Of a DNA stretch of 64,000 bases, positions 53,973 through 63,521 are shown one piece after another; the stretch's first letter is position 1; every line of letters begins with the position of its first letter. Below the pieces are notes generated by a model. It made no database searches, was not told the origin of the DNA, and worked only from the letters and a program-made list of their open reading frames with translations. The DNA is from a virus (Duplodnaviria > Heunggongvirae > Uroviricota > Caudoviricetes). The position numbers and the translations under genes are program-made. Where the stretch lies: the IMG/VR virus record IMGVR_UViG_3300012996_000001, positions 64,001-128,000 of that record. One strand, written 5' to 3'.

Positions 53973-54617
53973 TCAGTTGAAGGACCACTCTTCTTCGTCG
54001 TCCGACACATAAATTAAAGTGGACAAGCCGCCTGCACCAGTGCGGTTGCTGTCATATACCGAAGCAAAGCCGAACGCCTGTGCATCGCCTTCCATACCAA
54101 AAGGGTAACCTACGTTTTCTACCAGGCGGAGGTGAGTTACCAGCGGCAACATGTCCAAGATCTGCGGGAGAATATCGGGTATTTCCATGCAGGTGTTGAA
54201 CACGTTGATATCTACACGATAATTATATCCTTTATAGGTGGTAACGCCGTCCTCACCGAAAAGTTGTTTCAGCGTGGCGATTACATCACTGCGTGTCCCG
54301 CTTTTGGATTTATTGCCCGTAAGGATCGTTATTACTGCTCGGTATTCCGGATCGTTTAATCCGTTTCGATATATTCCGAGTTGTCTTCCGATCTCATCTA
54401 GGTTTTCATCCGTGGCATTCAGAGTCGTCCTTAACTCTGCAAGCTCAACCATTTTCTTATCGATATGTTCCAGACGCTCAATAAAGATCTTCATTATCTG
54501 AAGTAACTGTTCTTTATTCTCGAAAGCGCTGCGAGGGAGGTAATCCAAACCCCCCTGCACAAAATCTGGCAGAGGGTGGATGTGGTTAACATCCTTTAAA
54601 ACAATTTCGTCTGCCAT
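53973..54617 (-). CDS. baseplate wedge subunit
   Basis: LDEIGRQLGIYRNGLNDPEYR; follows the J-like gene. Confidence 0.75.
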   Translation of the reverse strand: MADEIVLKDVNHIHPLPDFVQGGLDYLPRSAFENKEQLLQIMKIFIERLEHIDKKMVELAELRTTLNATDENLDEIGRQLGIYRNGLNDPEYRAVITILTGNKSKSGTRSDVIATLKQLFGEDGVTTYKGYNYRVDINVFNTCMEIPDILPQILDMLPLVTHLRLVENVGYPFGMEGDAQAFGFASVYDSNRTGAGGLSTLIYVSDDEEEWSFN

Positions 54618-54625
54618 ATGATTCC

Positions 54626-56110
54626 TTAAACAATTTGGCTGAAGGTGATATCTTCCGGCTCAACAATGAAAACTTGAGTTGGATCGGCAGATATGTCAGT
54701 ATTCAGGTAATCGTCATCTGGCTCACCTTTATTTTTAATATCCACGTAAACTTGAGTGAATCGGTCGGGAGAGGTTGAACTCATGACCGTACCAACAAGG
54801 CGGACATTATAAAGGGTGCCTGCGATCATCGCTCCGTTGATAGAGGTAACCAACGCATCCGTTATGGCGGTTTCTTCAGTTACCGACAGAGGTCTTCCTC
54901 GATACCTTACTCGAACTTCCAAATTGCGAGCCACAGCCTTGGTATGCCAAATACGCTCTATCTGGTCATCCTCAGTCGTGATATCGTAAAAGGTTGATCC
55001 GTAAGTATTGTTAGACATCGCAATGAAATCGTACAGGACTTGGCTGATCTCCGCTGTGCCTCCGCCATAACAAACCACCATAAAGCGGTAAGGCGGTATA
55101 CCCAAGCCATTCGTCTTGTCTGTGTTGTTATTGAAGATACGGACCTTTTCAATACCTTCCACACGATTCAACAGAGCAGATACGATGGCCGGACGAGTGG
55201 CTTTTCCATCACTCATGGAAACGGTAGCACGAATACGATATTCGTTGTCAGACTCTACATCTGCACCTGCGATAAAGTCTGACAGGTTGTCCATGTCCAC
55301 AAACCCTTCCGGGGTTGGGCTAATGGTTCTAACAGAATGTGCATCACGGCTCAGCACGCCTGCCTGAATCGCTTTGGCATCCATAACGATAGTCTTTTCG
55401 CCAATCAGGGGATTAGTACGGAAATCCACACGACTTGACAGGCCGATAATTTTCTTGCTACTATCGTAACCAATGTACAGGGCACCCTCGGTAGAATCGA
55501 TGATGATTCTGTCTCGGTTTGACTCTATGGTGTTGTCAACGATAAAGTCTTTGATCTGTCCGTAGAAAGTGCTAAGGGACGTGCCTGATGTTGACAGCAG
55601 TGTCAGATTAAGTGTCTTGACAGACTGGTCCGCAATGTTCTGAATCTGGAAGCGATAACCACCAGGCTTAAGATCGGTACTGAGAATTTTTTGTGCTATG
55701 ATATTGCCAGCAACCTGAACATCTGTCGACAACTGGTAGTCCGTGTCGATAGTGTACGTTCCGGCGGAATATACAGCGTTGTAAGGCACTGTGTCGTCAA
55801 GCGTCATAATGACGCTACCTGTGCTCTTGGTTTTACCTAAACGATAAATACCCTGCTTGCCAAACAGATCGTCGAGGAAGATCCCCTCTGCACCCTGCAT
55901 AGTCTGGCTATAGTACACAGAACCCATCAGCAACCATAACTGATATTCACGCTCGTTAAAAATCTGAATCATTTTGTCGGCAACTGAGTTACTTTCGGTA
56001 TTAAAATCTTCACCGAAAGCGGACTTAAAAGTCTTTTTCGTTTCTTCGACAAGATCATCCATCGGCGGGAGGTTGAAACCACTACCTGTTAACCCGTAAT
56101 TGGACGCCAT
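54626..56110 (-). CDS. baseplate J-like wedge protein
   Basis: AEGIFLDDL, GADVESDNEYRIR, VCYGG. Confidence 0.85.
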   Translation of the reverse strand: MASNYGLTGSGFNLPPMDDLVEETKKTFKSAFGEDFNTESNSVADKMIQIFNEREYQLWLLMGSVYYSQTMQGAEGIFLDDLFGKQGIYRLGKTKSTGSVIMTLDDTVPYNAVYSAGTYTIDTDYQLSTDVQVAGNIIAQKILSTDLKPGGYRFQIQNIADQSVKTLNLTLLSTSGTSLSTFYGQIKDFIVDNTIESNRDRIIIDSTEGALYIGYDSSKKIIGLSSRVDFRTNPLIGEKTIVMDAKAIQAGVLSRDAHSVRTISPTPEGFVDMDNLSDFIAGADVESDNEYRIRATVSMSDGKATRPAIVSALLNRVEGIEKVRIFNNNTDKTNGLGIPPYRFMVVCYGGGTAEISQVLYDFIAMSNNTYGSTFYDITTEDDQIERIWHTKAVARNLEVRVRYRGRPLSVTEETAITDALVTSINGAMIAGTLYNVRLVGTVMSSTSPDRFTQVYVDIKNKGEPDDDYLNTDISADPTQVFIVEPEDITFSQIV

Positions 56111-56169
56111 TACTCCTCCTGCTCCTAAATTAGGCGATAAGCGTATTTTATCATATTACCCTGAGAATT

Positions 56170-56197
56170 AAAAGAAAAGGGAGCCAGAGGCTCCCTT
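56170..56197 (-). terminator. intrinsic terminator
   Basis: Minus strand AAGGGAGCC-TCT-GGCTCCCTT-TTCTTTT. Confidence 0.8.
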
Positions 56198-56199
56198 GT

Positions 56200-56724
56200 T
56201 CATTTCCACTTATTAACCCAAGTGGAGTCGCCATATTGAGGCAGTCTGAAGTTTATCAAATAGTACAACTTATTCTTGAAGTTAATCAAGTTTCCTTCAT
56301 CACCGCAAAGCTGCACATTACCTTCCGGAGGGGTCGGGTAGATGTATTCATCACCACCTTGGAAAGCTAAGTTAATTTCCTCACCCTCCACCGTAACCAC
56401 TGTGAAGTAGCACTGATATGAGCGAGATGAGACATTCATAGAGGAGACGAAATCTGTTATCTGGAGAACATCGGGCTCCTGACGAACCTCACTCTTAATC
56501 CTCCCATCCAAGACGCCCTTCATGGTCTTCTTACCAATAAACGTACGATAAGGAAATCCAAAGCCTTCATCGAAGTACCAGTCGCCTGCCCATATGGCAA
56601 AGCGGAGGTAGAGACGCTGGCGTAGAGACATCTGGTTTGTCAGGACTAGGGCAAGGCCACCACTCGACAAATCGAGATCCCCTGTCGTAGGGTCCAAGAG
56701 AAAATCTTTAAACTGGGTAGCCAT
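56200..56724 (-). CDS. baseplate wedge W/gp25-like protein
   Basis: LRQRLYLRFAIWAGDWYFDEGFGFPY. Confidence 0.75.
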   Translation of the reverse strand: MATQFKDFLLDPTTGDLDLSSGGLALVLTNQMSLRQRLYLRFAIWAGDWYFDEGFGFPYRTFIGKKTMKGVLDGRIKSEVRQEPDVLQITDFVSSMNVSSRSYQCYFTVVTVEGEEINLAFQGGDEYIYPTPPEGNVQLCGDEGNLINFKNKLYYLINFRLPQYGDSTWVNKWK

Positions 56725-56733
56725 CCGGCCTCC

Positions 56734-57429
56734 TTATTGCACAGGCGGTAGAGTCTGGCTATTGCCGCTCTGAACACCATCGTGGACGTGCAGCAAGTAT
56801 GTGGCGTGGAAAGCATCTAAGTCTATACCTTGCGCCGTAATAATCTTGCCGTCCGGGGTTATTTTAGCACCGTTGCAATCGATAGCACCCGAAGGTGACA
56901 TAGAGATACGACCTGCACCGTTGTCAATTTCCACATTGCCGTCCGCCAAGCTGCGGATCTGTGTTTTAGAGTTTTGCAGGCTCATGTCGCCGTTTGGCTT
57001 AAGAACCACAGTGGCCTTGTCGTTCTCCAAGACAACGTTATCGGGGTCGATAGCCTTGGCATTCCCTTCCGTGAATATCTGAGTTACCGCCCAACCGGGG
57101 AATAGTTGGTGAGTGTTTTGGTCTGTGTTATCATTCTCGTTTCTTTCTGAGAATGACAGGCCAACAGTATCGCCAACCTTGATCGGCATTGTCAGGCGGG
57201 CCTTACCCCCGGCACCAGACGGAAGCTGAACAGGAACATCGTAAATCACGGGGTACGTGTCTTCAGTTCCCGAGGCGAATTCCGTGTATGCCATTGGCTG
57301 AATATCAACGGTAGGGCCCTTGTAATCTACACCTACAACCTTGCCCCGAATATTGGTGTGCAGGTTGTTACGGAGATAACGGGACATATAGATCCCGAAT
57401 GCTGCATCATAACGATCAACAGAAGCCAT
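56734..57429 (-). CDS. baseplate central spike (Gp138-like)
   Basis: DVPVQLPSGAGG...PIKVGD; C-terminal HVHDGV metal-binding motif. Confidence 0.85.
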   Translation of the reverse strand: MASVDRYDAAFGIYMSRYLRNNLHTNIRGKVVGVDYKGPTVDIQPMAYTEFASGTEDTYPVIYDVPVQLPSGAGGKARLTMPIKVGDTVGLSFSERNENDNTDQNTHQLFPGWAVTQIFTEGNAKAIDPDNVVLENDKATVVLKPNGDMSLQNSKTQIRSLADGNVEIDNGAGRISMSPSGAIDCNGAKITPDGKIITAQGIDLDAFHATYLLHVHDGVQSGNSQTLPPVQ

Positions 57430-57437
57430 TTTGTTCC

Positions 57438-58415
57438 TTAACGAATAAGTTGACCACGGGTTTCCACAAGGCCGAGTTCGGTTGTCCAGTCGCCACTTTC
57501 GTAGCCTCCCTTATGGGTAAGCTCTGCGACTTTGTAAAAGCCTTTGTGATAACGGGTATTTAAGTATACGGTAGATTCCGGAAGGATCGCGCCATTCAAG
57601 AGGGTTGTCACCGTAAGACCAACATCCTCCTTGATATCGTGTTCCTTTTTCTTCTTACTGGCCTTTGGCTTCACTCCCGCTTTAGCTTTAGCTTTTGCCT
57701 TGAGTGCCTTCTTCGCAGCGGAGGGTTGCTTCACTGTTGGCGTCCCAACCATACCACCTTCCTCGGATATCTCAAACATGACGTTAGAGAATCGAGATCC
57801 TTCACGAGTCCAGTAAACCGCACCATCTTGCACGGAGAAGGTCGATCCTGTATTCTTCGCCAAGTTAGCTAAGTTTTGAGAAGCGTTTCCGGTGAACGCC
57901 ATAGAATGATCAATGGTGTCACTACCAAAATCGACCACACGGCCTTTAGGTAATTTCAGATCCGTAATCAGGTCATTAAGTACGTTGTTTACCGGGGTTC
58001 CTTTACGGTAAGACCTCGCTGTTGTGGCTGTCGTGAGGTTCAATGTCCCGTCACCTAAGATAAACTTTGTCTCTCGGGTTTCATTGGGAAAGTTGTCCTC
58101 TACGAACTCAACAGTGCCAGAGAAAATAAGCTTTTCTTCGTCATTGTATCCGGCCTTCAGTAAGACCGCCAAAGATTCTCTTTGGTTAGCACCAAGGTAG
58201 TTTACAACTTCATCTGAGAGGTTGTATACTGTGACATATCCTTTATTAGGCTCTTTAGAGTTGTCCTTTTTAATACTGAAATCAATATGCAGATCACGGA
58301 TGAGATAAGCTTCGCCCCGGTTAGTATTTGCATACTTCTCAATATTAACAGGTTTATCTCCCAAAGAGACTGGTCGTCCTATGACCAGCGTATAAGTCCT
58401 TTGCATTGCTCTCAT
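57438..58415 (-). CDS. baseplate hub protein
   Basis: VTVYNLSDE...LKAGY...FSVQDG...GMVGTP. Confidence 0.8.
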   Translation of the reverse strand: MRAMQRTYTLVIGRPVSLGDKPVNIEKYANTNRGEAYLIRDLHIDFSIKKDNSKEPNKGYVTVYNLSDEVVNYLGANQRESLAVLLKAGYNDEEKLIFSGTVEFVEDNFPNETRETKFILGDGTLNLTTATTARSYRKGTPVNNVLNDLITDLKLPKGRVVDFGSDTIDHSMAFTGNASQNLANLAKNTGSTFSVQDGAVYWTREGSRFSNVMFEISEEGGMVGTPTVKQPSAAKKALKAKAKAKAGVKPKASKKKKEHDIKEDVGLTVTTLLNGAILPESTVYLNTRYHKGFYKVAELTHKGGYESGDWTTELGLVETRGQLIR

Positions 58416-58777
58416 TAATCGATTTCCTCAACATCCTCTGCACGAGAAGCATAAGCCATCTGCACGCCTGAGAGCGGGCCAATGTTAAATCGTCCGGCAC
58501 GAGTTCTTACATTACGCAGGGGGAAAAGATAAATGTTGCCCTTAGGAACACCGTCCATATACCGATACGGTGCTAACAGGTCCACATAGCAACATAGCTT
58601 GGTTATGATGGTAGGATCAGCACCGACATCCCCAAGAGAAAATTGCCAGGATTCATCCCTTTCATTCCACACAAAACGCAATTCGTAGGTCACTGAGTCG
58701 AGTACGACGCGAAACACTTCATCAGGGTAGCCACTCAACTCAAAATCAAATGTACGGTAGTAAACAGTATCCGCCAT
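58415..58777 (-). CDS. baseplate/virion structural protein
   Basis: YELRFVWNERDESWQFS; position in the tail module. Confidence 0.7.
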   Translation of the reverse strand: MADTVYYRTFDFELSGYPDEVFRVVLDSVTYELRFVWNERDESWQFSLGDVGADPTIITKLCCYVDLLAPYRYMDGVPKGNIYLFPLRNVRTRAGRFNIGPLSGVQMAYASRAEDVEEID

Positions 58778-58779
58778 TA

Positions 58780-59634
58780 TTACTTCCTCTGCAATAAACC
58801 TGGGTCAAACGGCAGCTTCTTACCTGCCTCGCCGGAGAAGTCTGTTGTACCTGCTAAGGCGTTTTCGATACGCTCTTTGGTACTGGCATTCTTCCCGATG
58901 TAAGGAGTTTTCCTTTTGCCCTTGGCATTGTCATCCGCAGCCCCGCCTTCTGCGGTTTGCTTAGTTCCGCTGTTCTTTTTCCCGGCCTTTTTAGGATCGG
59001 CTGTACGGGCAAGAACAGTTTTACCTACGGACTTGAATCTAAACTCTTCAAGTTGTACACTTACGGTAATTGATGAACCGCCTTGTGTCGTTCTGTCAAA
59101 GTTAAGGTTTGTGATCACGTAGTTGGTGAGGATATTATCCTCTGTGACCAAAGTAATCAACTGATGGGCATCTGCAATATCCTGGAGGATCTGCATGGCC
59201 TTTGCCGGGCGGCGGGCAGACATTGGATTATCTTTGTGCGTATCCTTATCGATATAGTTTCTTGGGTCGATAAGGTACGGTGAGTCAGTGATAATCCCAG
59301 TAAAAGAGAACTTGCCGTCTTGGGTGACAACGTGATCTGAAGCCTTGGCCTTCGACTCAACTGCGTAGCTGGTCTTATTGTAGGCTTTGGTATAAGCGTG
59401 CTGATCAACGGAATCAAAAACAATTGCCAGGTCATCAGTATTGTTCTTGGCCTCGAAATCGGCCTGACGACCACGGCGTAAGCCGGAGACAAACATCGTG
59501 TACTGTACAAAGGGCTTATCTTTTAAAGCGTCGACCCTTTCCGCATTCGCCTTATCAATCTTCTCTGACTCGGCTGATAAACTCTGTAAACGCTCTTGCT
59601 GCCGTTGGGAAAGACCGGAACCCTGTATCGCCAT
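58780..59634 (-). CDS. Dit-like tail tube initiator
   Basis: SYAVES...SDHVV...FTGIITD...VQLEEFR. Confidence 0.7.
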   Translation of the reverse strand: MAIQGSGLSQRQQERLQSLSAESEKIDKANAERVDALKDKPFVQYTMFVSGLRRGRQADFEAKNNTDDLAIVFDSVDQHAYTKAYNKTSYAVESKAKASDHVVTQDGKFSFTGIITDSPYLIDPRNYIDKDTHKDNPMSARRPAKAMQILQDIADAHQLITLVTEDNILTNYVITNLNFDRTTQGGSSITVSVQLEEFRFKSVGKTVLARTADPKKAGKKNSGTKQTAEGGAADDNAKGKRKTPYIGKNASTKERIENALAGTTDFSGEAGKKLPFDPGLLQRK

Positions 59635-59677
59635 AATAGCCTCCTATTTTCATTATTTTAGCATGGAAGGTGGAAAT

Positions 59678-59699
59678 AAAAAAGGGGCCGAAGCCCCTT
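59678..59699 (-). terminator. intrinsic terminator (UUCG loop)
   Basis: Minus strand AAGGGGC-TTCG-GCCCCTT-TTTT. Confidence 0.85.
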
Positions 59700-59701
59700 G
59701 A

Positions 59702-62152
59702 TTAACCAGGCCCACCTTGGATGAGCATGTTCATGTTGAACAGGTTGTTCTCGTCCACAACAGCCTTGATGATGTTGCGAAGTTCTCCGCCCTTGATCTC
59801 CAGTGTAACCTTACCTTCTACCTGCTGAGGTTGGTTATTCAGAGGATAAGGGAACGGGTTAGCGCGGTTAACAGCAGAAGAAGCCATGCTGTCAGTATCG
59901 ACAGTTGTCGCTGGTTTATCTTTTGACCCCCACAGAGAGTACAAAGCAGATTTCAACAACAGACCCATGTCGCCGCCCGATGCCTGAGACAACGGGTTCT
60001 GAGTAGACTCGTAAGGGGTCATCGCTTTATTGATGTTGCCCTGACGCGTTGAGTTGTCATCATCCAGTAACCAATCCAGACCTGCCGTTATCATCATAAA
60101 CTGGAAAGGACCAGGCAGGGTGCGTGGCAGTTTAAGACCACCGCCGCCTCCACCTTTACGCCACGGTGTGCTTGGTCCGGAGTTAGGACCCATCTTACCG
60201 CCACTGCCCCCGGTAGTCATTGCACCCGCTGCGCCAGCCGCAGCCGCTCCGAGATCACCCCCCATAGCACCACGAATAGCTACAAGAGCGCCACGCAATC
60301 CTGCAATTTTGGACAGAATTCCGAAGATCTTGCCCAAGCCTGTTACGAAGATGCCGATACCGATAGCATACCCCGCCCAGTTGAAAATATCTTTCATTAT
60401 GTCACCCTGGATACCCAGTTTCTGTGCATAATAGCTGAAGATACGATCAAGCAGGATGAAGTCATCGTGGACCTCGGTAACCATGTCCCAGAAACCTTCC
60501 ATGATTTGGCCGAAGAAGTGTCCTAAGTTGGTTGCCAGTTCACCGTTGCTGCTCAGGATGGTCGCCAGGTCACGGAAGATACGTGTCATCTGCTCACCGA
60601 AACCACCTTGGAAGATCGCATTCTGGAAGTTCATCCAAGACTGCTGTAAACGCTGCATTGCTACACGGTTGCCGTCGAGTGCCTTATCTAATGCACCGCC
60701 TTTGTTGGCAGCTTCTGCATAGTATTTCGCAATCAAAGGCATAACCTTAGCAGCCTTAAGTTCACCCTTTTGCATCATATCCATTAGTTTAGCAATGTCG
60801 ATGCTTGAGTCACCGAAGGCTTCCCGCGTTGCTTTAACGAAGACTTGAAGAGAACCGGGGATACCTTCCGCCAACTGACCCTTCAATTCTTCCGCCATGA
60901 TCTGACCTTTACCCATCATCTGTTGCAGAGCGGTGATACCACGTTGGTATTTTACCGGGTCAACCTGCAAAGCTGTTGAGTATTCAGAGAAGGCTTTGAA
61001 AAGTTCATCAGTCTGTCCCTTGGTCATCACGCCGTCGGCTGCAATAGCCATTTGCACGTAGCCCTGAGATGCTTCTTTCAGTGACAGACCTAAACGATAG
61101 GACTGGTCACGTACGAACTGCATTCTCTTGCCTGCCTCTTCAGAGTTATCAGAAACCATCAGCATGGTTGCATCTAACCCCTGGAAAAACTGACCCTGCT
61201 CGATAATCGATTTACCTGCGTTAAATACACCATAGGCCGCACCCACACCAACCAGACCTGAACGTACCTGTTCGAGGATTGAACCAAAGGTAGCTGCACC
61301 ACCTTGGGCGGAGCGGAACTGCCGTTCCAGCGCTTGGATACTCTGACGGTATTGGCCTGCGGAGAGTGTGCCTGAACGGAACTGCTTGTTCAAGTCCTCA
61401 ATGCCATTACCTGCGCTATCACGCCCTAAGCTTGATCCGTAACCACGACCATACTTAGATGACAGACGGATACGCTGCTGAGCCATGACATCGTCACGAC
61501 GGGCCGCTTCCGCCGCTGCACGACGTGCTGCACGGGATTGATCCGCTACTTCCTTAGGTGAGGGGGTAGGGTTATTTATCTTGTGATGTCGAGCCATTTC
61601 AGCATTTTGACGGGCAACAGTAGACGGAGAGTAAGGCCCTGCCGTACCAACCATACCGCTGCCAATTGCACCACGAGAAGGCAACTGAATATCTAAGATG
61701 CGCTTGACTTTGGGTGCGGAAGTCGCCATCTTACGAGAGGCACGACGAGCTTCCCTTTCCTGCTGCTGATAAAACTTACGCATCTCTGCCATTCCAGAGT
61801 TCTTGGCAGTCATGCTCTGAACCTGTTGACGAATACGTGCATTAGAAACTTTCTGAATAGCCTCTTTGGCTTTGGCTTCTTTCTTAGCCAGTGCAATGCT
61901 ATAATCCATCGCACGCTTTTCTTCACGACGGCGAGTTTCAGCAAGGCGTTTATTGACAAGCTGCATCTCTCTTGCAGACTTAGCATACGCCGCCGCAGGA
62001 CTGTTCTTAGGCTTGGTGGCAACTTCGGTGGCCTTTTCCCACTCTTTACCAACACGCTGAATTTGTTTGACGGCGCGAGCGTAAGAGTTTTTATCTACCT
62101 CAAACGTCGTGCGGTTGACCGTTTTAGTTACGACCACGTTTCCACTTGCCAT
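59702..62152 (-). CDS. tape measure protein
   Basis: GITALQQMMGKGQIMAEELKGQLAEGIPG; Ala/Gly-rich helical; start MASGN. Confidence 0.9.
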   Translation of the reverse strand: MASGNVVVTKTVNRTTFEVDKNSYARAVKQIQRVGKEWEKATEVATKPKNSPAAAYAKSAREMQLVNKRLAETRRREEKRAMDYSIALAKKEAKAKEAIQKVSNARIRQQVQSMTAKNSGMAEMRKFYQQQEREARRASRKMATSAPKVKRILDIQLPSRGAIGSGMVGTAGPYSPSTVARQNAEMARHHKINNPTPSPKEVADQSRAARRAAAEAARRDDVMAQQRIRLSSKYGRGYGSSLGRDSAGNGIEDLNKQFRSGTLSAGQYRQSIQALERQFRSAQGGAATFGSILEQVRSGLVGVGAAYGVFNAGKSIIEQGQFFQGLDATMLMVSDNSEEAGKRMQFVRDQSYRLGLSLKEASQGYVQMAIAADGVMTKGQTDELFKAFSEYSTALQVDPVKYQRGITALQQMMGKGQIMAEELKGQLAEGIPGSLQVFVKATREAFGDSSIDIAKLMDMMQKGELKAAKVMPLIAKYYAEAANKGGALDKALDGNRVAMQRLQQSWMNFQNAIFQGGFGEQMTRIFRDLATILSSNGELATNLGHFFGQIMEGFWDMVTEVHDDFILLDRIFSYYAQKLGIQGDIMKDIFNWAGYAIGIGIFVTGLGKIFGILSKIAGLRGALVAIRGAMGGDLGAAAAGAAGAMTTGGSGGKMGPNSGPSTPWRKGGGGGGLKLPRTLPGPFQFMMITAGLDWLLDDDNSTRQGNINKAMTPYESTQNPLSQASGGDMGLLLKSALYSLWGSKDKPATTVDTDSMASSAVNRANPFPYPLNNQPQQVEGKVTLEIKGGELRNIIKAVVDENNLFNMNMLIQGGPG

Positions 62153-62182
62153 TGCGCCTCCTCCGGCGACATAATACACCCC

Positions 62183-62218
62183 AAAAAGAAAAGGCCAGAG
62201 TCTTACGACCCCGGCCCT
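62183..62218 (-). terminator. intrinsic terminator
   Basis: Minus strand GGCCGGGGTC-GTAA-GACTCTGGCC-TTTTCTTTTT. Confidence 0.7.
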
Positions 62219-62221
62219 TAC

Positions 62222-62602
62222 TTAACTTCCCCGTACACGCCTGTTACGGTTAGCAGCGAGGGCTTGCTTATTAGCCTCGTCGATATCCTTTTGTTTGGCC
62301 TCCTGGACGAAATCCTGAATATCTAAGTATTCATTCTTCTTCAACAGGTCTTCCATATCGCCAGACTCAAGAGATAACTCGTTAACGCCCTTAAAGCGCT
62401 CCATAACTCGCATGTACAGATAATCGTACCACTTCAGAGACGAATTGTTCTGGGTGTACTTAATTGCTTTCTCAACGGTACTTAGCGGTATCAGGCTTCC
62501 GTCGGAGTCTTGTCCTGCGGATCCAAGTCCTCCACTGCCTTCACCAGACCCACTTTCTTGAGGAAGTCGCCGATGATCCCGAAACCGCTCTCGCCGAAAA
62601 AA
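62222..62602 (-). CDS. tail assembly chaperone, -1 frameshift extension (GT-like)
   Basis: -1 frame is open from the T-TTT-TTC site to stop 62222: ...IPLSTVEKAIKYTQNNSSLKWYDYLYMRVMERF... Confidence 0.65.
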   Translation of the reverse strand, partial: FFRRERFRDHRRLPQESGSGEGSGGLGSAGQDSDGSLIPLSTVEKAIKYTQNNSSLKWYDYLYMRVMERFKGVNELSLESGDMEDLLKKNEYLDIQDFVQEAKQKDIDEANKQALAANRNRRVRGS

Positions 62603-62970
62603 CAGCCGTAGTTCACCTCGATCACTTTGCCAAGCAGAGTAATCAGGTCCTGAACGTACCCGTCGAAAGTTTCATCGATGTCGATTGGACCACCCATGCT
62701 GTCTACTTCGATACCTTCGAGCAGCAGGTTGATAATTTCTTCACCACCGTCTTCAATCTGGTCCAGCATATAAAGTAACGCGGTAGGGACTGCATCTTGC
62801 ATACCCTCGCCACTCATCATTGCAGATCCGGCTACAGTTCCCATAGGGACAGCTACCAGACGGCCAATTTTAGGCATATTGCGAATCACTTGTGAGGGTG
62901 ACCAGTGATAAATTGTAAAACGCTTACCACCACAAAGAACAATCTCTGTGGACTTCTTAATCTTAAACAT
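62491..62970 (-). CDS. tail assembly chaperone (G-like)
   Basis: Between tube and tape measure; NYGCFF at the slippery site. Confidence 0.75.
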   Translation of the reverse strand: MFKIKKSTEIVLCGGKRFTIYHWSPSQVIRNMPKIGRLVAVPMGTVAGSAMMSGEGMQDAVPTALLYMLDQIEDGGEEIINLLLEGIEVDSMGGPIDIDETFDGYVQDLITLLGKVIEVNYGCFFGESGFGIIGDFLKKVGLVKAVEDLDPQDKTPTEA

Positions 62971-63008
62971 GTTACACTCCTGTGTCTTCAGTTATTTTCC
63001 GTGCCGTG

Positions 63009-63030
63009 AAAAAGGCCACGTCCTTGTGGC
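63009..63030 (-). terminator. intrinsic terminator
   Basis: Minus strand GCCAC-AAGGAC-GTGGC-CTTTTT. Confidence 0.6.
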
Positions 63031-63038
63031 TCACGTTT

Positions 63039-63518
63039 TTATTGGTCCATACCAATCAGGCCAGTAACTCCGGCAGCGATGCCTTGGATCTGGTCAGGTG
63101 CCAGCCATGCATCCAATACACCGATTTCCCAGTCCATCTGACCTACTTCTGTACCGTAAGTCAGGTCAGGCTGCTTCTGGATCCAACCGAAGGTATTCAG
63201 AGACAGACCCTGAGAACCTTCAATCTGGATTGGCAGGAAGACAAGGCCAGTTACGTTAGCCTGGCGCTGCCACTGTGCAAGATAGCCATTCCATACGGAG
63301 GTGTTCTGGAGGGAGATGGTCACCACACCAGAGTTATCACGGGAGAGCGCTACGCTGACCTCACCATCAACCCCTACGTGGGGGATGTTGTTGTCGTTGT
63401 TACGTGCGATAACAACCTTCGTATCTGCTGCAAAACCGGAAACCCTTTGACCACCGACAAAGATTAAGACTTTGGCTGGGTCATAAGCCTGCGGCGTTAT
63501 GATTTTGCTTGTAAACAT
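63039..63518 (-). CDS. tail tube protein
   Basis: AYDPAKVLIFVGG...HVGVDGEV...SGVVTISLQNTS. Confidence 0.8.
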   Translation of the reverse strand: MFTSKIITPQAYDPAKVLIFVGGQRVSGFAADTKVVIARNNDNNIPHVGVDGEVSVALSRDNSGVVTISLQNTSVWNGYLAQWQRQANVTGLVFLPIQIEGSQGLSLNTFGWIQKQPDLTYGTEVGQMDWEIGVLDAWLAPDQIQGIAAGVTGLIGMDQ

Positions 63519-63521
63519 TCA

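Noticed and set aside
62222-62413. 63 aa ORF as an independent gene
   Set aside because: No RBS; better explained as the distal part of the -1 frameshift product.
62982-63467. 161 aa + strand ORF
   Set aside because: Antisense to the tail tube gene.
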